A program made the position numbers and the translations under genes. Under the pieces are notes generated by a model, which was not told where the DNA came from, searched no databases, and saw only the letters and a program-made list of their open reading frames with translations. A DNA stretch of 64,000 nucleotides from NCBI GenBank assembly GCA_053919585.1, contig CM132785.1; one strand, given 5' to 3'. Shown here piece after piece: positions 62,901-64,000 of the stretch. Source of the stretch: Euprymna scolopes (lineage: Eukaryota). The stretch's first letter is position 1. Every line of letters starts with the position of its first letter.

Positions 62901-63751
62901 TATAATGAAAACAATACATTCAGATAAGGTGTGTGAAAATGAAAGGTTCGAACCTGCATCGGCATGTTTCTTTTTGAAAAGACGGAAGCTAGGACGTTTC
63001 ACATGTAATCTTGGCAACGAGAATGATCCTGATAATTAAAATTAATTATAATCATGAGAATTTCAACCATGAAAAAACATGATTCAAACAAACAAATATT
63101 TATTCTGAAGCTGATCTAAAAGTGTTCCTTTTTTATTATTTATTTTTGAGCTAAAGACATAGCTTATCAAATTTATCTACATGCATATTGAGAATTATAA
63201 TTGATTCTTAGATAAAATGCTAATTTCATAAGCTTAATAAATTTACGCAAATAAATAGTTTTAATGAGAATTTATTCATGGGTTTATAATTATTAATGTA
63301 GAACATTATATAATAGTTATTCATTTAAATGTACGCGATGAATTATATTTTTCATTAACATTATAAACATGCTGTCGATAAATTTAAGGTAAATGTGATT
63401 TTATTTCAGAATAAAGTCAGATAATGTCAACATATATTCTTTAAAATGCATTAAGATGAGATCAAATTCGTCAAACCATGCAAAGAGAGAGAGAGAGAGA
63501 GGGGGGTAATGTCAAGCTGATCTGTTATATAGAGAATTTTAAAAAAGCCGAATGAATGGTAGGGCGTTAGGACAAACCTTTTCCACTTTCTTCCAAGGAT
63601 CCCAGATGAAGTCTGGCTTCTTGGATATCGGGCAAAAGTTCGGCGTGTCCAGAACTTACACATTCGGCTATTACTTTTCCTAGAATTTCTGGATCGTTTT
63701 TCTTCATGGCATTCTCTAGCTTCACGCGGAGTTTGTCTACGCTCAATTTTC
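171..63751 (-). CDS. Giant multi-exon tandem-repeat protein (partial; 104 exons, about 5380 aa in window; 82 helical modules plus 22 basic/aromatic linkers)
   Basis: GC-richer islands recur in the order A>E>D>C>B on the minus strand. All are AG/GT-bounded, phase 1-1 and 3n long. No in-frame stops were found in the exons I translated or those covered by the ORF track. Copies differ largely at synonymous sites while intron cores diverge. Confidence 0.9.
680..853 (-). CDS. exon class C (divergent)
   Basis: 174 nt; GSLSLENLHERLNAAFESND; donor GTTAGA. Confidence 0.85.
1050..1502. mobile_element. degenerate MITE-like element with (G)GAATCG subterminal repeats
   Basis: Imperfect inverted ends (TGGGACTATT..AATCGTCCCATCACTA); homologous to about 4330-4807. 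Confidence 0.45.
1296..1349. repeat. (TA)n microsatellite
   Basis: direct reading. Confidence 0.95.
1590..1775 (-). CDS. exon class D
   Basis: 186 nt; DISLEDLPPARLRAQLQSAVKHKD. Confidence 0.85.
2545..2619 (-). CDS. exon class E
   Basis: 75 nt; GTMSLPRFHLKSPKFSLFHKKHAEA; donor GTTCGA. Confidence 0.8.
3002..3175 (-). CDS. exon class A
   Basis: 174 nt; GKLSVDKLRLKLDKAMKKND. Confidence 0.85.
3999..4172 (-). CDS. exon class B (divergent)
   Basis: 174 nt; GVKPLDVLRGELHAAMKSKNKLELEKVINECVAAGYPEL. Confidence 0.85.
4330..4807. mobile_element. second degenerate copy of the same MITE-like element
   Basis: Shares CGGAATCA..ATTTTCC..CGATT..TTATTTGTT and the end GAATCATCCCATTACTA with 1050-1502; left boundary approximate. 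Confidence 0.45.
5093..5278 (-). CDS. exon class D (divergent)
   Basis: 186 nt; DITAEGMTPDSLRDQLRLAIKNKD. Confidence 0.85.
5793..5867 (-). CDS. exon class E
   Basis: 75 nt; GSWSFPSFHFKAPKFSLFRKKHGGA. Confidence 0.85.
6435..6608 (-). CDS. exon class A
   Basis: 174 nt; donor GTGTGT. Confidence 0.85.
6771..6950 (-). CDS. exon class D (2-codon deletion)
   Basis: 180 nt; DISLEDMTPEAIREQLRLAIKNKDQLKLEQLINVG--AKYPEL. Confidence 0.8.
7199..7401. mobile_element. small fold-back/MITE-like insertion
   Basis: AATCATTTCGACAACCAAATAACGTC is an imperfect inverted repeat of GCGATATTGTTTGATTGTGAAATGATGATT; outer pair ATATACAC/GTGTATAT. Confidence 0.45.
7641..7718 (-). CDS. exon class E (+1 codon)
   Basis: 78 nt; acceptor shifted 3 nt (CAG|TTGGATCATGG). 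Confidence 0.8.
8132..8305 (-). CDS. exon class A
   Basis: 174 nt, AG/GT, phase 1-1. Confidence 0.88.
8615..8788 (-). CDS. exon class B
   Basis: 174 nt, AG/GT, phase 1-1. Confidence 0.88.
9157..9330 (-). CDS. exon class C
   Basis: 174 nt, AG/GT, phase 1-1. Confidence 0.88.
9735..9920 (-). CDS. exon class D
   Basis: 186 nt, AG/GT, phase 1-1. Confidence 0.88.
10015..10090. repeat. interrupted (TA)n microsatellite
   Basis: direct reading. Confidence 0.9.
10359..10433 (-). CDS. exon class E
   Basis: 75 nt; donor GTTGGA. Confidence 0.85.
10822..10995 (-). CDS. exon class A
   Basis: 174 nt; donor GTTCGT. Confidence 0.88.
11448..11621 (-). CDS. exon class B
   Basis: 174 nt, AG/GT, phase 1-1. 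Confidence 0.88.
12033..12206 (-). CDS. exon class C
   Basis: 174 nt, AG/GT, phase 1-1. Confidence 0.88.
12468..12653 (-). CDS. exon class D
   Basis: 186 nt, AG/GT, phase 1-1. Confidence 0.88.
12750..12799. repeat. (TA)n microsatellite
   Basis: direct reading. Confidence 0.95.
13067..13141 (-). CDS. exon class E
   Basis: 75 nt, AG/GT, phase 1-1. Confidence 0.85.
13559..13732 (-). CDS. exon class A
   Basis: 174 nt, AG/GT, phase 1-1. Confidence 0.88.
14135..14308 (-). CDS. exon class B
   Basis: 174 nt, AG/GT, phase 1-1. Confidence 0.88.
14699..14872 (-). CDS. exon class C
   Basis: 174 nt; donor GTTGGA (no overlapping stop). Confidence 0.88.
15133..15318 (-). CDS. exon class D
   Basis: 186 nt, AG/GT, phase 1-1. 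Confidence 0.88.
15441..15480. repeat. (TA)n microsatellite
   Basis: direct reading. Confidence 0.95.
15740..15814 (-). CDS. exon class E
   Basis: 75 nt, AG/GT, phase 1-1. Confidence 0.85.
16199..16372 (-). CDS. exon class A
   Basis: 174 nt, AG/GT, phase 1-1. Confidence 0.88.
16630..16803 (-). CDS. exon class B
   Basis: 174 nt, AG/GT, phase 1-1. Confidence 0.88.
17219..17392 (-). CDS. exon class C
   Basis: 174 nt, AG/GT, phase 1-1. Confidence 0.88.
17636..17821 (-). CDS. exon class D
   Basis: 186 nt, AG/GT, phase 1-1. Confidence 0.88.
18187..18261 (-). CDS. exon class E
   Basis: 75 nt, AG/GT, phase 1-1. Confidence 0.85.
18644..18817 (-). CDS. exon class A
   Basis: 174 nt; PELLPD variant. 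Confidence 0.88.
19257..19430 (-). CDS. exon class B
   Basis: 174 nt; IACEE..SFDLHHARSTLEG variant. Confidence 0.88.
19843..20016 (-). CDS. exon class C
   Basis: 174 nt, AG/GT, phase 1-1. Confidence 0.88.
20284..20469 (-). CDS. exon class D
   Basis: 186 nt, AG/GT, phase 1-1. Confidence 0.88.
20867..20941 (-). CDS. exon class E
   Basis: 75 nt, AG/GT, phase 1-1. Confidence 0.85.
21311..21484 (-). CDS. exon class A
   Basis: 174 nt, AG/GT, phase 1-1. Confidence 0.88.
21953..22126 (-). CDS. exon class B
   Basis: 174 nt; donor GTTTGT (no overlapping stop). Confidence 0.88.
22492..22665 (-). CDS. exon class C
   Basis: 174 nt, AG/GT, phase 1-1. Confidence 0.88.
22927..23112 (-). CDS. exon class D
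   Basis: 186 nt, AG/GT, phase 1-1. Confidence 0.88.
23477..23551 (-). CDS. exon class E
   Basis: 75 nt; donor GTGCGA. Confidence 0.85.
23987..24160 (-). CDS. exon class A
   Basis: 174 nt, AG/GT, phase 1-1. Confidence 0.88.
24627..24800 (-). CDS. exon class B
   Basis: 174 nt, AG/GT, phase 1-1. Confidence 0.88.
25196..25369 (-). CDS. exon class C
   Basis: 174 nt, AG/GT, phase 1-1. Confidence 0.88.
25525..25592 (-). pseudogene. relic of the 5' part of a class C exon plus its acceptor flank
   Basis: TCAGTCGTTCTCGCGGGTTTTCTAGTGTAAAATATCTTAAGATTCAAAATTCA aligns to TCAGTCGTTCGCGCAGGCCTTCCAGTGTAAAACCGCCTAAGAATCGAAATTCA. Confidence 0.7.
25817..26002 (-). CDS. exon class D
   Basis: 186 nt, AG/GT, phase 1-1. 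Confidence 0.88.
26386..26460 (-). CDS. exon class E
   Basis: 75 nt, AG/GT, phase 1-1. Confidence 0.85.
26854..27027 (-). CDS. exon class A
   Basis: 174 nt; PELLPD variant. Confidence 0.88.
27294..27361. repeat. 32-bp tandem duplication
   Basis: AATGCGTTTATTTTATTTTCATGTTATACTTT x2. Confidence 0.9.
27547..27720 (-). CDS. exon class B
   Basis: 174 nt; IACEE..SFDLHHARSTLEG variant. Confidence 0.88.
27895..27985. repeat. about 49-bp tandem duplication
   Basis: TTTTTAAAACTGTAATTGTATRCATATTTACACACAATATAA x2. Confidence 0.85.
28158..28331 (-). CDS. exon class C
   Basis: 174 nt, AG/GT, phase 1-1. Confidence 0.88.
28602..28787 (-). CDS. exon class D
   Basis: 186 nt, AG/GT, phase 1-1. Confidence 0.88.
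29162..29236 (-). CDS. exon class E
   Basis: 75 nt, AG/GT, phase 1-1. Confidence 0.85.
29642..29815 (-). CDS. exon class A
   Basis: 174 nt; donor GTTAGT. Confidence 0.88.
30387..30560 (-). CDS. exon class B
   Basis: 174 nt, AG/GT, phase 1-1. Confidence 0.88.
30962..31135 (-). CDS. exon class C
   Basis: 174 nt, AG/GT, phase 1-1. Confidence 0.88.
31395..31580 (-). CDS. exon class D
   Basis: 186 nt, AG/GT, phase 1-1. Confidence 0.88.
32061..32135 (-). CDS. exon class E
   Basis: 75 nt; tandem CAGCAG acceptor (78 nt alternative). Confidence 0.85.
32576..32749 (-). CDS. exon class A
   Basis: 174 nt, AG/GT, phase 1-1. Confidence 0.88.
33326..33499 (-). CDS. exon class B
   Basis: 174 nt, AG/GT, phase 1-1. 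Confidence 0.88.
33715..33768. repeat. (TA)n microsatellite
   Basis: direct reading. Confidence 0.95.
33974..34147 (-). CDS. exon class C
   Basis: 174 nt, AG/GT, phase 1-1. Confidence 0.88.
34237..34296. repeat. (ATT)n microsatellite
   Basis: direct reading. Confidence 0.95.
34436..34621 (-). CDS. exon class D
   Basis: 186 nt, AG/GT, phase 1-1. Confidence 0.88.
34708..34737. repeat. (TA)n microsatellite
   Basis: direct reading. Confidence 0.9.
35132..35206 (-). CDS. exon class E
   Basis: 75 nt; donor GTTAGA. Confidence 0.85.
35581..35754 (-). CDS. exon class A
   Basis: 174 nt, AG/GT, phase 1-1. Confidence 0.88.
36272..36445 (-). CDS. exon class B
   Basis: 174 nt, AG/GT, phase 1-1. Confidence 0.88.
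36839..37002. other. assembly gap (164 N)
   Basis: run of N within a C-to-B intron. Confidence 1.
37142..37315 (-). CDS. exon class C
   Basis: 174 nt, AG/GT, phase 1-1. Confidence 0.88.
37631..37816 (-). CDS. exon class D
   Basis: 186 nt; donor GTTAAT (overlapping stop is TAA). Confidence 0.88.
38186..38260 (-). CDS. exon class E
   Basis: 75 nt; donor GTGCGA. Confidence 0.85.
38637..38810 (-). CDS. exon class A
   Basis: 174 nt; donor GTTAGT. Confidence 0.88.
39321..39494 (-). CDS. exon class B
   Basis: 174 nt, AG/GT, phase 1-1. Confidence 0.88.
39914..40087 (-). CDS. exon class C
   Basis: 174 nt, AG/GT, phase 1-1. Confidence 0.88.
40325..40510 (-). CDS. exon class D
   Basis: 186 nt, AG/GT, phase 1-1. 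Confidence 0.88.
40853..40927 (-). CDS. exon class E
   Basis: 75 nt; donor TG|GTTTGA. Confidence 0.8.
41249..41422 (-). CDS. exon class A
   Basis: 174 nt, AG/GT, phase 1-1. Confidence 0.88.
41958..42131 (-). CDS. exon class B
   Basis: 174 nt, AG/GT, phase 1-1. Confidence 0.88.
42527..42700 (-). CDS. exon class C
   Basis: 174 nt, AG/GT, phase 1-1. Confidence 0.88.
42800..43060 (-). pseudogene. relic C acceptor (about 42800-42852) and relic D 3' end/donor (about 43020-43058)
   Basis: ACTTCCTGATAAT..CAATTTGTACACATGAGGTTT copies the 42695-42748 flank; TTCTAACCTTTGAATTCGTCTCTCAATCTTTTGAGAG resembles the D end TTCTAACCTCCAAATCCGCCTCCCAATTCTTTGAGAG. Confidence 0.6.
43242..43427 (-). CDS. exon class D
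   Basis: 186 nt, AG/GT, phase 1-1. Confidence 0.88.
44092..44166 (-). CDS. exon class E
   Basis: 75 nt; GSWSLPRFHWKSPKFSLFSKKHGDA. Confidence 0.85.
44553..44726 (-). CDS. exon class A
   Basis: 174 nt, AG/GT, phase 1-1. Confidence 0.88.
45301..45474 (-). CDS. exon class B
   Basis: 174 nt, AG/GT, phase 1-1. Confidence 0.88.
45880..46053 (-). CDS. exon class C
   Basis: 174 nt, AG/GT, phase 1-1. Confidence 0.88.
46443..46628 (-). CDS. exon class D
   Basis: 186 nt; DISLEDMSPDDLRQQLNLAVKNKD. Confidence 0.87.
47137..47217 (-). CDS. exon class E (+2 codons)
   Basis: 81 nt; ASWSLSLPRFSFKAPKFSLFRKKRGDA. Confidence 0.82.
47752..47925 (-). CDS. exon class A
   Basis: 174 nt, AG/GT, phase 1-1. Confidence 0.87.
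48632..48805 (-). CDS. exon class B
   Basis: 174 nt, AG/GT, phase 1-1. Confidence 0.87.
49273..49446 (-). CDS. exon class C
   Basis: 174 nt, AG/GT, phase 1-1. Confidence 0.87.
49716..49901 (-). CDS. exon class D
   Basis: 186 nt, AG/GT, phase 1-1. Confidence 0.87.
50028..50130. repeat. degenerate (AAT)n tract
   Basis: direct reading. Confidence 0.8.
50859..50933 (-). CDS. exon class E
   Basis: 75 nt; GSFSFPGFHMKLPSMSPFRKKHGDA. Confidence 0.83.
51038..51092. repeat. (TA)n microsatellite
   Basis: direct reading. Confidence 0.9.
51399..51572 (-). CDS. exon class A
   Basis: 174 nt, AG/GT, phase 1-1. Confidence 0.87.
52069..52215 (-). CDS. exon class C (9 codons shorter, divergent)
   Basis: 147 nt; GDKLRLSGKSKDTKALDALVKQSISLGVPVIEPDIHKSCDTLQLDLGKG; second in-frame acceptor gives 52069-52194. 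Confidence 0.7.
53140..53208 (-). CDS. exon class E (-2 codons)
   Basis: 69 nt; GSKPGFHVKFPSMRLFRKKPGDE. Confidence 0.78.
53575..53748 (-). CDS. exon class A
   Basis: 174 nt, AG/GT, phase 1-1. Confidence 0.87.
54509..54682 (-). CDS. exon class B
   Basis: 174 nt; GLKSPEALCGQLRAAIKSKN. Confidence 0.87.
54906..55400. mobile_element. piggyBac-type MITE (non-autonomous, 495 bp)
   Basis: TIRs CCCATTAGGTCCCACTG / CACTAGGACCTAATAGG; flanks TAAA and TTAA; internal inverted pair ATAAATAGGACACC (54927-54940) / GGTGTCCTATTTAT (55252-55265). TTAA target and CCY ends are piggyBac hallmarks. Confidence 0.7.
55505..55678 (-). CDS. exon class C (divergent)
   Basis: 174 nt; GNLSVDDFRQKLKAAIKSKD. Confidence 0.85.
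56122..56307 (-). CDS. exon class D (divergent)
   Basis: 186 nt; EISLDDISMDMLREKLQLAVKDND. Confidence 0.85.
56528..56610. repeat. compound (CA)n/(TA)n microsatellite
   Basis: direct reading. Confidence 0.85.
56853..56951. repeat. compound (CATA)n/(CA)n/(TA)n/(TATG)n microsatellite
   Basis: direct reading. Confidence 0.9.
57023..57097 (-). CDS. exon class E
   Basis: 75 nt; GTWSLPRLHFKSPKFSLFHKKHDDE. Confidence 0.83.
57472..57645 (-). CDS. exon class A
   Basis: 174 nt; donor GTGCGT. Confidence 0.86.
58164..58337 (-). CDS. exon class B
   Basis: 174 nt, AG/GT, phase 1-1. Confidence 0.86.
58896..59069 (-). CDS. exon class C
   Basis: 174 nt; GSISPEDVRLQLKTAAESND. Confidence 0.86.
59645..59830 (-). 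CDS. exon class D
   Basis: 186 nt; donor GTTCGA. Confidence 0.86.
60369..60443 (-). CDS. exon class E
   Basis: 75 nt; GSLSLPRFHMKLPKFSMFRKKHGDA. Confidence 0.83.
60832..61005 (-). CDS. exon class A
   Basis: 174 nt, AG/GT, phase 1-1. Confidence 0.86.
61534..61707 (-). CDS. exon class C
   Basis: 174 nt; donor GTACAG. Confidence 0.85.
62354..62536 (-). CDS. exon class D (-1 codon)
   Basis: 183 nt; DISVDMSPDALRKQLRLAIKNSD. Confidence 0.85.
62954..63028 (-). CDS. exon class E
   Basis: 75 nt; GSFSLPRLHVKRPSFRLFKKKHADA. Confidence 0.83.
63578..63751 (-). CDS. exon class A
   Basis: 174 nt, AG/GT, phase 1-1. Confidence 0.86.
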
Positions 63752-63947
63752 CTGATAAGCAAAATGTACCATTGAAGAAAATAGTCAATCCTCTCCCCTC
63801 CAGTAAAAAATTGTTAATAAAAATATATACCAAAAATGTCAGTGCAGGGGATTGATGAAAAAAGGGTGCAAGAAAGATGAACTAAGAATCAGATTCCCAA
63901 ATTACAACATATAGACCATGCATTTTTAAAAAATTTCAGTGGAAAAA

Positions 63948-63948
<1 letters not shown>

Positions 63949-63983
<35 letters not shown>
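63949..63983. repeat. (AAT)n microsatellite
   Basis: direct reading. Confidence 0.9.
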
Positions 63984-63991
<8 letters not shown>

Positions 63992-64000
63992 AATAATGAA

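Noticed and set aside
171-63751. Dscam-style mutually exclusive exon clusters
   Set aside because: Paralogous exons are interleaved in a fixed cycle with spliceable introns (about 160-960 nt) rather than grouped by class between constant exons.
171-63751. CRISPR array, integron cassette array or satellite DNA
   Set aside because: Repeats are 69-186 nt protein-coding, splice-site-bounded units in eukaryotic DNA; no cas genes, integrase or attC-like sites.
171-63751. Assigning a gene symbol (AHNAK, KY, hillarin) or a species
   Set aside because: Only motif-level resemblance from recall; no diagnostic domain or taxonomic marker is in the window.

Overview
AT-rich eukaryotic (animal-like) genomic DNA. 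Almost the whole window is the internal part of ONE giant intron-containing gene on the minus strand; no start exon or terminal exon is securely visible. I count 104 short coding exons in five classes that cycle in transcription order A>E>D>C>B about 22 times (genomic period about 2.5-3.3 kb; a complete unit is 783 nt = 261 aa). Classes A (174 nt, GKLSVDELRLKLDGAMKKNDPHLLDKVIAQCVSSGYPELIPDIKAARIHLDSL), B (174 nt, ELKSPDALRAQLKAAIKSKNKVDLENAIIECEEAGFPELSLDLHNARNTLDGLGFGRG), C (174 nt, GGFTLEGLRERLRAAFKSNDKKALDATIKGSVSAGFPGLDADIQEARQALFKLEGGKG) and D (186 nt, DLSLDDLTPEKLRAQLQLAIKNKDKPKLEKLISIAEEAQYPELSYDLRDARLALKELGGGFG) are paralogous predicted three-helix modules. Class E (75 nt, GSWSFPSFHFKAPKFSLFSKKHGDA) is a basic/aromatic linker resembling the AHNAK/periaxin repeat. 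Every exon is AG/GT-bounded, phase 1-1 and a multiple of 3 long, including all six length variants. Joined, they give 16137 nt, about 5380 aa, within this window alone. Donors are unusual: 97 of 104 are GTT, and 54 of 60 B/C/D donors read G|GT TAR, so the donor overlaps an in-frame stop (nearly always GGA G|GT TAG, a Gly-Gly-stop). Introns carry microsatellites, a few MITE-like elements, exon relics and one 164-N gap. No gene symbol can be assigned. Coordinates and counts were read by hand and may contain small errors.
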